The notes below the pieces were generated by a model, which saw only the letters and a list, made by a program, of their open reading frames with translations, searched no databases and had not been told where the DNA came from. DNA of 64,000 nucleotides, taken from contig CDMY01001040.1 of the NCBI GenBank assembly GCA_001179505.1, positions 155,056-219,055 on the forward strand, written 5' to 3'. This stretch comes from Vitrella brassicaformis CCMP3155. Taxonomy: Eukaryota; Protista; Chromerida. The translations under genes were made by a program, and so were the position numbers. Shown here piece after piece: positions 51,201 through 64,000 of the stretch (position 1 is the first letter of the stretch; each line of letters opens with the position of its first letter).

Positions 51201-53910
51201 CGGCCAAATCGGAGGCGGCAAGGGGAAAAACGACGGGACCGTGCTGCCGGTCCGCTGCATGACCATTCCTTGCGGGCCTCTCCAGCTTCTGTGCCGCGCC
51301 AAGGTCAGCGACAGCGTGAGGCTGTGGATCTGGCGGGGGGCGACAGTCTGGTGGAGCGGGAGAGGACAGAGGGTGAGGAGAGAGGGCTTCCTTCATCGCT
51401 GACCTGTCGTCGTCCCTCGAGCCGCCGCTCGCCTGATGTCCTCGTTCGTGAGGTGGAGTCGCTGTTCGAGCAGATGAGCACGCCAGGCAGCGCTCGATAC
51501 GATGAGGTGTTCGCCGGCCTCGAGTGTCTTGTCTTCCCTGAACCTGACAGCCAGTATGAGGAGGCCGTGCGATGCGTCGTGGGGCCGTTCCCTGGTGGTG
51601 ACGCCGGCCCGTACTACGTGGATTCGGTCGAGTACCCACTCGCTGCCACCAGCTCAGACGGCGGCAGGAGGTGGAGCTTCATGAAAGGGAGTCTGACGAG
51701 AAAGATCAAGACGGCACGCGAACGGAGGGGCTCTCCCCCCGCCCCATCCCTCTGCACCTTCGTTCGGCTCCATGGCAAACAGGTCGTGCGGTACAAGTAC
51801 CAGCTCACGGCGGGACTCGCCTTCGACAGACGCAAGCGCCCACAGCCGCCGGCCGAGCAAGCGGCCAATCCCGCGAGAGAGAAGGTGCCAACCGGCAAGA
51901 GGAAGAGGCGGCCCGACCGTGCAGTCTCTGAAAGCCCCGTCAGGCAGGAGGGGCGCGGGTTGGAGGATGGGGAGGAGGATGGCCTGCCGGGCAGCACAGC
52001 GTGTCCGGCGCGACTGCCGCAAGTGACAGGAGCAGACGGGGATGGCCGAGAGGTGGAGCATCGGTCGCCCGACGTCTTGGTTCGTGAGGTTGAGGCCATC
52101 TTCAGCCGCATGTCCACCGACAGCACTCATCGCCACTACTCGCTCTTCAACGGCCTGAGTGGCTCCTTCAGCGTCAACCCCCACAGCTCACATGAGGAGG
52201 CCGTCACGTGTGGTGGGTCCTTTCGCTGACGGGCAGGGAGGGGAGTACCACGTCGAGGCGGACGTGACGCGTGACCCTAATCGGGTCTTGTCCGATGGCT
52301 TCACAAGGTCGCGATGGGATTACAGCTGCCCCAAGGCGGTGGTCAAGCGCACGCGGGAGAGGGGCGGCCGGCCTCCCCAGACGACAGCTTTCAGCTTCGT
52401 TGAGAACGATGGCAAGAGGGTTCTCAAGGACGCACGCATGATTCCCAAGACCAAGAGCGCCACGACGACGTCCCAGCCCCACAGAGAGCAGCCCAACAGA
52501 GCAGCGAGACGGCCGCCCAGTGTGCTCGACCATGACCTTCAGCACGCCGCACAGCATCCTCGGCATGGCGCCCCTCTGCCCACCGCATCATTGGCCAAGT
52601 CAAGGCCGCCAAAGCGCGTCAAGGCCGATGGACCGTCCGTCACGACCAGCCCAGCACAGCAAGTGGCAGAGTGTGAGGCCTTGTGGGCCCAGCTGTGTGA
52701 CCCGTCATCTGCCGAGCACGATGAGGCCTACAGCGACCTCGACAACAAAGCGTCGTTCCAGCCTAACCCAAAGAGCCGCGTCACCGCGCGCATCGACCCT
52801 TTCGATGCGCCAGACGGCGCCATCTACATAGAGGGCGACTTTCGTCGCAACCCGTCACAAGGTCAGCATCGCTGAGGTGTCGCAGTGGCTCGTCGGGAGG
52901 CTGCGGGAGGCGCAGAGGGGGGACTTCGGTCAGCTCATCAACTCGACAGATGCCACCATGATCATCGATAGCGATCCCGCCAGCCAGTCCGGCCTCAAGC
53001 GCATCTACCGTCACACTGCCGGGTGGCGTGGCTCTGCGGAACGCCCGCACGTCCCTCCACCGAAGAAGAGGCGGAAGGGAAGCTCGGGGAGGGCCGCACA
53101 GAGGCTACCGCCACTGAGAGAGCCGAATGCCTCGCCAGGTGCTGCTGAGATGAAGGAACCGTCGCGCGGCGAGGCTGCCTCAGCGCCCAACGCCGACGGC
53201 AAGCACCGCCCCGCCGCAGACGACGACGATCCGATGGGCGACCCTGACAATGATAAAGAGGGCGACGAGCGAATCGCCAGCGGCCATTCGGGTGAGGGAT
53301 CTGGCTGGGAGGACCGTCGGCCGCTGGCGACGTGGGCGAAAAAGGGCGTGGTACGTGTCGGCTCTGCTGGCGTCGGGGATGGGATGGATGTGGAGGACAC
53401 GGGCGTGCCTGCCAGCAAGAGGACAGCCACAATGAAGCCACTCGAGACCCTGGAGACATCGGAGCTTGCCAGGGTCCTCGGCAGCCATCCCTGCCCTGTT
53501 CTGAGCAAGCTGATGCCACCGATCATAGTGGAGGTGGGGGCGAGGGCGAGGACACAGACGGCACACTGATGATCGGTGGACGAGTGATATGGGTACATGT
53601 ATCGTGTCTTGTCTTGTGTTGTGCACGAGGGGATCGAGGGTTCGTCTTTGCCTGACCTGACTTTGACTGACATGGCCGACATGGGGATGGCTGATGAGGA
53701 GCAGCGCTGCAGGCTGCTGGCGTGGATCGACAGCGTCAAGGGGACAGTGGTACGCGTCAATCAAAACAAAACACGGGGGCGAAATGGCTGACATGTGGCG
53801 GCTGATGGTCCTGTGGTCCCATGTGTGTGTGTGTGTTGTGTTGTGTTGTGTGGTGTGGTGTGCAGGTGGAGGTGCCTGAGGTGCACCCATCGGGCAGTCG
53901 TCCCACATAG
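48236..53910 (+). pseudogene. Family member C: four copies of the unrecognised domain plus terminal SAM/VEVP, with frameshifts and a damaged acceptor; 5' end unresolved
   Basis: ORFs 49863-52229, 52159-52875 and 52877-53569 are colinear with members B and D. Frame breaks at ~52210 and ~52874. SAM exon EGIEGSSLPDLTLTDMADMG..RLLAWIDSVKGTV|VEVPEVHPSGSRPT*. Sequencing error is not excluded. Confidence 0.6.
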
Positions 53911-55190
53911 CGACGCCACTACCTATTCACTCACCCACCCACCACATTGCATTTCATTGCATCCACACTCCATGTCTGTGCAGAAAGGTGGGAAGGTGGG
54001 AGAGAGAGGGAGGGATGGAGGGAGGGAGGGGCTGTAGGCTTGCCTTCGCCTGACTTACTGGGTGTCCATCCATCCATCCATCCATCCATCGTGTATTTGT
54101 TATATTCTTTGCGTGCATTCATTGCGTGTCTGTCTGTCTGCTGTCTGTCTGTCTGCTGTGCCCTGGCTGTCATCTCAGACATACATATCACTGCGTGAGC
54201 TTTGTCTGAGCCACCGCATACGCAGACACTTTCTGACAGGTCGATCCATTTGTCACCCATTCCTTTATCAACGATGGCCGTCATGTGCACACAGTACATC
54301 AAAGGGGGGCCCGGCTATCATGCGTGTCACTCACTGATGCGATGCGTCGTTTGGTTTGTTGTGCGACGACCAATGAGTTAATGCTGCGCATACATGTATG
54401 TACAATTGCATACACAAGACAGGTCTATGTATGTACCCACGCAGTTGTCATTGAGTCAAGTCGGTCGTCACATAGCTGGCTGTCTTGTACACTTGCATTG
54501 CTGATGGATGGCTGGGGATGGAGTCTACACCGCATTGTATGGGATTGCATTGCACTACATGGGTCTCGTCTCGCTTCTCCCTCCCCTGTTTCTTTCTCTC
54601 TATCCATCCATCCATCAGTTATGCTACCTCGCTGCCTGCGTGGGAGGTCATGTCATGCATTGGTGGGTGGGTGCCTTTGGTGTTGGCGAATACGGGCGGT
54701 ATCGACCGATTGATGTGTACATACATAAGTACGTGCTTGTATGCAAAGGGTACTGCCATTCGCTTGCACGGCCTGGCCTTTCTCGGTCAGCGCGTCTTGT
54801 CTTGCCCGCCGCTTTCATTGTGTACACTACGTGCCTGCCTGACGGCCTTCTGATGCATCCTTCCATCTGGATGGATGGAAGGACGACATGACATGCAATG
54901 CGATATGTGTGTGGGTTGTCCGGGCCATGGAAGGTTGTGTGTCCTTCCATACCATGCGTTCGTTCATGTGCCTGCCGTGTGCGAACGATGTGTTGGATTC
55001 ATGTGTCTGCATGTGCCACGCCACATATATACGTACAGTACCGGTAGGTAACGTACCATCATCCGATCCATGCATGCGTTGATCGACACCACACGACAGA
55101 CAGACAGATAGATAGTCATCACCATATGTACATACCATCCGTGCACCGTGTCCATTGCCTAGTAGCTGTCTGTTCTTCCCTCCTCCTCAC

Positions 55191-55778
55191 TCAGTTGAGT
55201 GAGTGGTGCCCTGCCATGCCTCTGCTGGTGTCCCTGGTCTTGTCTGTAGTGCTATACGGCTCGTACAGCGGTGGAGGAGGACCATCACCCGCACCCTCCA
55301 CACCCACAAGCCCAGACCACGCGTCCTTCAAGCTCATCATCTCTTCGCCAACACCCGCCTCTTCTCCATCGCCATTATCATGCTTCTCCACAGCTGCTGT
55401 CCGCTCCCCCCCGCGGCCTTTGAGGTGTTCCTCCAGGTCCTTCTCCTGCTTGTCCTGCAGTCTCATGACGTCCTCCATGTCCAGCTCTTCACCATGCTCC
55501 TTGACTGCGGTGAGGATGGCGTCGTCCTGCTGCTCGAGCCCCGCCCACATGGATGCGGCTGCCGATTGGTCGCCGTCCTTGCCCCACTTCTTGATGCGGC
55601 CCAGATGGATGGGATCCTCAGCGGCAGCAGCTGCTGTGATGTCCTCGTGCAGGACGTTGGCCAGCAGGATGGGATTGCCAGATGCAGCGATGACGCGCTC
55701 CTCGCTGAAGGCGGCAGCGGCGCCCAGCCACGAGACGAGGAGGATGACCAGATTCCCGGCATGCTCACCGGGCGGCAT
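55191..55778 (-). CDS. Single-exon hypothetical protein with signal peptide (195 aa)
   Basis: Intact ORF; leader NLVILLVSWLGAAAA-FSEE; acidic/charged body. Confidence 0.7.
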   Translation of the reverse strand: MPPGEHAGNLVILLVSWLGAAAAFSEERVIAASGNPILLANVLHEDITAAAAAEDPIHLGRIKKWGKDGDQSAAASMWAGLEQQDDAILTAVKEHGEELDMEDVMRLQDKQEKDLEEHLKGRGGERTAAVEKHDNGDGEEAGVGEEMMSLKDAWSGLVGVEGAGDGPPPPLYEPYSTTDKTRDTSRGMAGHHSLN

Positions 55779-55853
55779 TCTCAGGAATTGGTCAACGTGA
55801 TTTACAGAATGGCTCTGATTGTTTCACAGGCAGAGTTGCGTGTTGTTTTGGAG

Positions 55854-57342
55854 ATGGCAGCGTCGGAGCTGCGCGAGGCGCTGGTAGAGTCTTTGGAGAG
55901 CCGAGGGGTCCTGAGGGATATCAAAGCTCGACTGCGAGCAGAGATCTGCCGCGTCCTCGATGACCCTGTACGCGAGAGGGACGGAAAGACGACGCAGGAG
56001 GACGGTATTGTGTGTGTCTTGTCCGTCAGGGTCAGGGGCGGCCTTCGTTGCCTCCGGAGAACCTCATCATCAACGAGCTGATACGGGGTCAGCCAGCAGC
56101 GCGTTGCATGGCAACAAAATACAGCGAGCATTGGCCCATTTTCCGTGTGTGCTCAGAGTATTTGGAGTACAATCGCTACCACCAGACCCTCTCGGTGTTC
56201 CTGGCAGGTCTGCTGCTCTACACCTGTGTGAGGCGTGTTGGGTTTGATGCCGCCTCGTTTGGTTCCCCCCTTCAGAGTCGGGGCAGCCCGAGACCCCTCC
56301 CTTCGACAGGCGCTTCTTGGCCACAGAGCTGCGGCTCGAGGAAGACTTCAGGACACAGTCCCTGTAGGCCAAAGACCCTCACCACCATCAAACACACGAA
56401 GTCCATGATCTGTTTCCTCGCGGCTTCAGGCCGATATTGTATGGGTTGGTGCACGGCCTCCAGTCCCAGCTGCCCGCCGAGAGGCTCTCGTCGCTGCCCA
56501 AACGGGACCGGCCCCCTCCCTCCGCCCTCACACACCAGGCGATGAGTGTGCCCACCTACCCCAGGAGGCCACAGCCCCACCCACAGTCGAGTGTGGTGGG
56601 CCGCCGGGCGTTCGTGAGCGGTGCTGCTCTGCCGCGGGTGGATCGTGAGGGGGACGGGTGTCTGCTGCGCATCGATGGCCGCACGCCGGCTGTTAGCGAC
56701 GAGCAGGCCGACGAAGGCGACGACAGAGAGGATTTTGATAGGCCTCTGGAGGCGCCAGGTACTGAGAACAAACAGGAACCATACATTTCTGTCGCATGCT
56801 TACAGTCGTGTATGTTGTGTGCAGCTGATGTGCCATCATCGGCGTGGATGCCTTCCGAGAAGCAGGCGCCCAAGCAGCAGACCCTGATGCCCCCGCTGTC
56901 CATCCCCAAGAAGCCAGCCACACCGTCCCCCGCCTCGCCGCCCCTCCCATCGTCCACCCCCGATCGGCCCGTCCTCAAGACCATCGCTGACCTGCCGTCC
57001 TTCCGTGAGTTCCCCAACCTGGCAGACACCGACGAGCCGAGCGGCCAAGAGGAGGGCGAGGCCAAGGCGTCTGCGCCGCGTGTGGTCGAGGCCCTCCCCG
57101 CCAGCCCGCTGCACGATAGGGGGAGCAGCGGTCGTCAGCTCGGCACGGGTGAGTCGGCGATGTTGCTGCCGCCACCTCCGCCGGCCGGTGTGGGGGTGGG
57201 GGTGGGGGTGGGGGGGTCGGTAGAGGAGTCGGTTGTGGAGGAGATACTGATGGAGGAGTACAGAGATGACGAGAGCCTGGAATCGTTTAGGCAGGGAGGG
57301 GAGGTCGGCCGGCCGATGTGGATGCGGGGGAGGGGCAAATAG
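55854..57342 (+). CDS. CEP20: FOR20/CEP20 (FOP-family LisH basal body protein) with long C-terminal extension; 3' end uncertain
   Basis: MAASELREALVESLESRGVLRDIKARLRAEICRVLDDP|..PSLPPENLIINELIR|EYLEYNRYHQTLSVFLA|ESGQPETPPFDRRFLATEL..|PILYGLV, matching the FOPNL pattern. Confidence 0.88.
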
Positions 57343-58676
57343 ATAGAATCGTGTGTGTATGTGCTGGCGAGGGCGGTGCATGCATGATGTGTGAGGTGAC
57401 TGACGGTGTCAGGTATTGCTTGAATGTGCGGCTCAGTGTGAGTGAGTTGGCCATTGAAACTCTCATAAACCGTCCGCATAAAGGCACACACGCTATGCAG
57501 TTCACGCACCCCTTCTTGTCTGATTGATTTGATCGATCTGCTTTCGGAAGGGGTCCCCTCTATCTCACTCACACCAACGGCACATGTCATGTAGTCAGGC
57601 AGGCCCTTTCTGGCGGCGGAGGACCGGCCAGCGACCTGTATTTCAGTCACTGTCAGCCGCCTCCCTCATTCATCCACCTAGACGACAAGACAAGACAAAG
57701 GGACCTACCAGCAAAAAAGGAAAAAGGCCTTCTCACGCGGCGCTTGACTGTGTGTTTTGACATGGATGAAGGCAACGCATTTCTCCAAGCGTCGTGTGAC
57801 GGACACTCAGGGAAACGAGTCACCGTCACCCATCTGGAAAACACACCGGCAGTGCACCGCGTATTCGTTGGTCAAAAGGGATAGGCAAGCGCCTACAGGT
57901 TACAGAATGGATATGAACGACACCGCGCCCTCACTCAACCATCCGTCTAGTGCTGTGGTGTCTGTCTGCTGCTGCCTAGCCATGAAGGCCAATGCACGAT
58001 ACGTTTCTGACACATCGCGCAAAGGCCTTCACCACAAGACAAGCAGACACACATCCGAAAGCATAGACGAAGGGGACAGGCTTGCAAGCCCAAACCATTC
58101 GTTCATCAGTGCATCCATCCATCCATCCGCCCATGCAATAAAGGCATGACGCCCACACAAGCAGCAGCTCGGAAGATACAACCGCGTACACACCACCTCA
58201 CATACACAGACACGGACACAGTTGAAGGGCCCTCCTCCCCATTTCAAGCCGAAAATCAGACGCTGACAGGCAGCATCTGCGGTAACGAGCGATGCCCACG
58301 TCTTGTCTGCCCTGTGTGAGTCTGTTTCAGCCGGCTGCATGATGTGGTCAGGCTCATGCGAAGTGGGAGACGCGTGAGCTTTACCACAAAGACAACGGGC
58401 TCAATCACACATCCACACACGACAGAAGACGGGACACATTTCGCATATCTATCAAGGGAGATGGCAAGAAAGGGATAGGCAGGCAGGCAAGCAGGCATCG
58501 CAGTCAGTACTTGCCGCCCTCTCTCTGCATCAATTCAGACACCACACGATCAAAATCCCTTCGATGAACGAACATCTCATATGCAATTGCCCCATTTCTT
58601 AAATCACTCTCCCCTCGTCCCTCCCTCCCTCCCTCCCTCCCTCCCATGTCCTGTCTTGTCTCTTCACCTGCGTCCA

Positions 58677-60157
58677 TCAGTTGTATCCGCCACCCCCTCC
58701 ACTGCCACTGCCGCCCCCGCCCCCGCCCCCACGCGGCACATAGTGACCGCGACCACGGCCACGACCACCGCCACCTGATACATACACACACAAATGCACG
58801 CCAAGAACACAAATGAGCCAGATCATCCACCAACAGATCCAAAGGTGCGTGTGCGTGTCTTACGTTGATGTTGATAGTGTCCCCCTCCCCGGCCGCCACC
58901 GCGCCCTCGCCCACCCCGCCCCGCGCGATGGGGCTGACCACCATGCCGCTCGTCATGGGTGTGGACCCCATCACCGGCAGTATTGGCATGCATGTGTGTC
59001 TGTGTTGGAGGGGCCGTCATGCCGCCGGGAGGTGTGGGTGTGGGGTGGTGCACCGGCTGCCAATGCCCATGGGCATTGCCATGAGCATGGCCGGAGCGAT
59101 GGTGCGACGTCGTGCCACTACTGGTAGACGTATGGGTGTGGGAGTGCGGATTGTTGGCGCCCGGAGATGGGCGGGGCTGGCTCGTCGAGTGCGTGGCGGA
59201 CGGCTTTTTGTCGCGAGCTCCAGGAGGACGGTATGGCTCAGCACCACCACCACTGCCACGGCCTGGCCGCTTGCCGCTCTTGGGTGAAGACTCGGTCTTC
59301 TCCTTCTGCGGGTCGCTGGCGATGGTGGGCTTGTGTGTGGGTGGCGAGGGCGGCTTGGCAGACGACGATGCACCGTCTCCCTCAGCGGCCGCGGTGTCCT
59401 TGTCTGCCGTGTCGACGGTGACTGCAGCCTTCTCAGTCGTCATCGCACTCTTGGTCATGGTCTGGGCCACGGGTGCCTCCACCTCCTCGTGCTTCTCCAC
59501 CACAGGTGCGGCGTCCACCTCTTCAGGCTTGGCGGCAGTCGGTGCCTCGATGGTCTGCATGGGGGGAGGGTCCTGCAGCAGTGGCGGTGGGACGGTGGAT
59601 GCGTCCGTGTCGGCGCGCGTGGTGTCGCCCTTGACGTCGCGGGTGACGATGGATGACTTGGCCGTCTCCGTCGGGGACGCTGAGCGCACGCAAGGTGAGC
59701 GAGCCGGTATGTATGAGCCATGTGCCAGAGTGCTGCTTATGCGTACTGTACCTGTTTCCTTGCTGTCAGTGGGTGTCGGTTGGCACGGCGCCGGCACCAC
59801 TGCTGCCTGGTAGCCTGGGACGGTGCCTTGGACCACTGCACAGAACACACAACGACAGCCAACGTGCAGTGAAGACGCCTCTGAGGACATAGATCAAGAC
59901 CACACCCCACGTACCTCTGGCAGGCTGCTGAGCCGCACGAGGACGAAGGAAGCCGAAGCACAGGCAGCCGCAGAATCCTGCGCACAAAGCGACAAAGAAG
60001 ACATCGAAGGCCGTTCAGTCAGGGTCGTTGCCACCGTTGTGTGTCTGATCTGCGCCTCTCTGCCCGCTGCCGTCGGCTTACGTTCGAGGCAAGTTGGTTC
60101 CGGCTCTCTGAGCAGCGGCTGGGCCTCGCTGCCAGATCTCTTTGCTTCTGTGTCCAT
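58677..60157 (-). CDS. Hypothetical disordered protein with N-terminal Cys cluster and C-terminal RGG/Gly-rich tail
   Basis: MDTEAKRSGSEAQPLLREPEPTCLE|RFCGCLCFGFLRP..|VVQGTVPG.. (ORF 58823-59890) ..GRGGRGRGGGRGGGHYQHQ|RGGGRGRGRGHYVPRGGGG..YN*. Confidence 0.65.
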
Positions 60158-60839
60158 CGCGCTGCTCCTCGTGTACCAGTAAGCACTGACGGACTAAAAG
60201 GAGAAACAGCCGCAGAAGGGATCGGTACTAAGCTCGCAGAAGTGAAAGCCGAAGAGATCTGGTGGTCCAGCGTCCATGCATGAAGCAGATGGAGTGATTC
60301 CAGTGAAGAGGAGAAGCTACCTGCAATGAGGTCTTCCACGCCTTATGCGGCATCCCATGATGGAGTACCAACACCAGCGACCGACACCAGCCGACCGACC
60401 ATGCAGCCATCCCCTCCGCTGGCCGATGCAGTCTGTTGACACCCCATCCCATTCCTCTCGGCCACTTCGAGAGCACATTGCTGCATCATCTCGGCGCACC
60501 GCACCATCGGCCTCACTTCTATGCGTCAGGGAAAGTCGGCAATGCAGCAGCCGAAGAGCCCAGCAATGCAGCATCAGAGGAGCCCGGCGACGGATGGCTG
60601 CCTTGGCCAAAAGGCTGCGTGTGATGTCGTCCATGCGAGTGATGGTGAGAGTGTGCGAACTGATCTGATTTGATCCGCTTTACATGGACCTTGCATTTGT
60701 GTGTGCCTTGAACGCCAGACTGCATTGAGATCGTGTCATTGCAAAATTGATCAGAGTGTCACCACGGCAAACACACAACACATCTCACGCCCTCTCTCAG
60801 TCAGAGAGAAGCTCGTAACATACACAGTCACCGTCACAG

Positions 60840-63800
60840 TCACACCCTGAGAAACTCAAGCCCAAACTCACATGAAGGGAACAGAATATCAACCGCCTCG
60901 CTTGTCCCCAGCAACAGCTCACAGAGATTCTTGAGCTCATCCATTGTATCTCCGTTCCATCGAATATTCGCCAAGAACAAGATGTCATGCACGTCGTATC
61001 CGCGCCTTCCTTGTGATGCTGCAACTGCCTCTCGCAGCCGCCGTGCAGCATCATTCGTCCTCCGAAGATTGAGAAGCAGGGCCACATGAGAGAGGAGCAG
61101 CTTTGGGACGAGAACAGTGTCGACATCCAGTTCTTGCACTCCTCGCACTCTGTCCAGCATCTCCTCAACATCCCGCAGTCTCCGAGTTGCTTCAGTTGGC
61201 GTGAACTCCCCCTGCTTGTCGCGAGTTTCTTCTATCAATCGCTCCGCTTGCTGCAATACTGGCATGGCTTCCGTGCTGATGCTGGTGTCTGGCCAATGGG
61301 CAGTTGGAAGCTGGTGCCGCGCGGCCATGGCCCTGTCGTTGGAAGTGAGGCCTTCAAGCTGGTTCCAGTATGATGCGGTGATCTCCCTGTCGCGGGCAAT
61401 AGGTCGAATGGCTCGTACAATGATGATATCATCGATGGCATACCTGAGGAAGCACATACTCGGTCAGCACAGAAAGAATTTCATCCACTGGCACGCTTAC
61501 CAGATAGCGTTGCGCTTCATCCCTTCGTGAGCGATTAGCGATGGCAGTACCCAGAATCCAAAGACCCTGGGGAGGCCAGGACCAACTGAACATGACAGAA
61601 TCATCGTCATTTCAATGGCAGGACGTATCGCTTCCTTACTGCTTCGGCTTCGTGCCGATGGTGGACCAGAAATGTGGCCAATCACACTCCCGACCATGCG
61701 AAACTTGCGCACCATGAAATCATTGACGTCCGCGCCAGTGTCAATAGCAGCCACAGGAGAGCCGAACTCCTCGCCACTCTCCGACTGAATGAATCGGGGA
61801 AGCAGCGGAAAGCCGGGGGTGAGGCCCAAAAGTGTCTGATGCGACGGCGGCCCATGGGCCGCCATGGCCGACGGCTGTCCCCTGCCCTTTGGCAGACAGC
61901 ACAGCTGAGAGATAAGCCGAGGGTGCCAGGGGGCAGACGTCGAAGAGCGAAGGAGCGGCGTGATCTCATCTAGTGCGCTTGGCTGTTCTTTCCGCAGTGG
62001 GTTGGCCTTCAGCGCCCTCTGCACGATTAGCAGCTGGCCCACTTGAATGTCCTTTGCCGCATGGACACTCGGCTGCTGGCCCTCAGCGTGTCGCACGGCA
62101 AGCGGGCCCACATACTCGGCAATGTCCAACTGCTTGTTATCGGATTCGTCCCTGGCTTGTCGGTAGATGGCGGCCCAGTCAAAGTCGCCTCTCGCGTTGG
62201 CTCGGTGAGAGCGGACACGTTGCTGCAGCGTGTCGGCCTCTACCCTCATCTGACCCTGCGATGCCTGCAACACACACACACCACCACACACATCATCCCC
62301 TTTTCCATCATTTCCCCTCCCCCACTCACGTGTTTCTTGGTGGCCCTGGCAATGACATCAGCAGCGTCGAAGAGCCGCTCGGCCAGCAGCCCCTGGCCCA
62401 GCCGCACGAGGCACTTCTGCTGGATGGTGCTGAGCTGCTGGGAGGGGCCATGACGCAGGCAGCTCAGATGGAGGGCGGCGGCCGCGCACCCCACTGCATC
62501 CGGTCCCCCCTCCCTGATGCGCTCGGGCTTGAGCAGACACGCCGAGGCATTGCTCAGCAGCGCAGTGAGCGTCGACACGTCAGCAGCAGCAAGACCGGCA
62601 GTGAATGTGTCACGTGCCTCCGCATGTCTGCCCTCCTGCTGCAGCTGCTCGCCTGCCGTGAGTGCATCGGCCACCTCGAGTGGCTCAGACGGTCCCGGTG
62701 CCTCGACTCGCGCGCAGAGGTGCTGCATGGCGTCCTTCATCAGCCTCCCTGTCGCCTTGGGCGATGGCAGGGCGACATCGCCGTCACCCTGGCGGCCATT
62801 GAGCCAGTTGATGATGCCCTTCCCGTAGAGCTCTGCGGCTGTCTTCTGGATGAGAGCCGACTTACTACTGCCGGGCTCGAGGGAGGAGGGAAGGGGGAGG
62901 ATGCGGAGGGCCGTGGTGACGTCGATGAAGGCGCTGACGTGGCTCTCGAGGGCGAAATGACACTGCGCCCGACGGACCAACAGCTCAGCGAGTGACTCGC
63001 GCTCCGACCGAATGCCCTGGCACACACACACATGAACATGAGTGCATGGCTATATCGCCGTTCGTGCTCATGTGCCTTCGCTGCGCACCTTGAGATATGC
63101 ACAGTAGGCGTCGATATACTTGCCATTCGCGAATTTGTCGTTTCCATCGGCCTTCCAATCATCAGCGGTGAGGGGAGACGCTGGGTTGGCAGCAGCCGCT
63201 GCGGCGCTGCTGCAATGACCAACCACAGACAACACCATGATGCATCTGTTCGTCGTATGTCCACAGTCTGCCTGCAGCATCATGCCTGCTGGGTTGGGAT
63301 GGCGGCATGGAAGGAGCGTTGCTGCTCGAAATTGGCTGAGAATGGGCGGTGGCAGAATCAATGAACGCCATCACCTGACAGCAACAAAGCAACAGAGGCG
63401 ATCTCAATGTGTTTGCTACTCAAGCCCCCGGAATTACCGTAGGCGATAGATTGAGCGCCGCTGCGTTGTCTCTCAGCTCGACAAAAGAATCCAACTGCCA
63501 CACACACACACACGCACACACACCGAATACGTCCGGCATTCTCACCATGCGAAGCTGGATTCATCACTTTCTCACCGGCACAATGCGCGAAGCGATAATG
63601 TTGCTCGTACATGTTCCCCTCCTCATTTGCTCATCTCCATAGATGACAAGTCGTCGTAAGATGTCTGCGGCATGTTCTCCTGAAAAGAGCTTCACTTCGC
63701 CTTTGGCCAGCATGAGGAGAAAACCACACAGCGCCTTCGGAGTGGTCTCGTCAGATGCGACAGCCTGCACACAACAAACCATGTACAAACAATATATATG

Positions 63801-64000
63801 CGATCCATGATTGAGTTGGTGATTTCTCGGCTGTTTCTCCTCCTTTTCGGATGAGCGAGCGTGTATCGGACTACACCCAACCCCCTCCACCTACCTTCAT
63901 CCCGCGAGACGGCGGCGGGCCCCCCTGTTGCGCATGCAACGAGAAAGGGACGTCTGCGCTGTCCACATGCAGCCGACGATGTGACTGCCGGAATCACAAG
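60840..64000 (-). CDS. ARM-TPR-SET-fold protein, copy 2 (5' part outside window)
   Basis: DDWKADGNDKFANGKYIDAYCAYLK, GDFDWAAIYRQ, DIAEYVGPL, GFWVLPSLIAHEGMKRNAIW|YAIDDIIIVRAIRPIARDREITASY; long near-identical stretches with copy 1 (LLSNASACLLKPE.IREGGPDAVGCAAAALHLSCL). Confidence 0.8.

Overview
GC-rich, intron-dense eukaryotic genomic DNA. The introns are short, mostly GT-AG, and full of (TG)n, (CTGT)n and (GGAT)n microsatellites. An apicomplexan-type thioredoxin reductase (C-terminal CGGGKC), an AP2 domain, bipartite plastid-targeting leaders and a basal-body gene suggest a chromerid such as Vitrella (inference). Recognisable genes are TrxR, a DCC-family thiol-disulfide oxidoreductase, NAA30/MAK3, a class III adenylate cyclase, CcdA, FOR20/CEP20, a PUF-like repeat protein and two ARM-TPR-SET paralogs with degenerate catalytic motifs. 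Mobile DNA consists of a 5'-truncated CRE-clade non-LTR retroelement and an adjacent 696-bp foldback element with internally repetitive ~283-bp inverted arms. The most unusual content is a family of large, mostly disordered proteins. They carry about 12 copies of a ~120-aa domain I do not recognise (core HEEAVT..GPF..Y.V...V.R.P..W), combined with either a terminal SAM domain plus a conserved VEVP last exon or an AP2 domain; one member looks pseudogenised. Exon structures were deduced by hand, so boundaries are approximate where stated.
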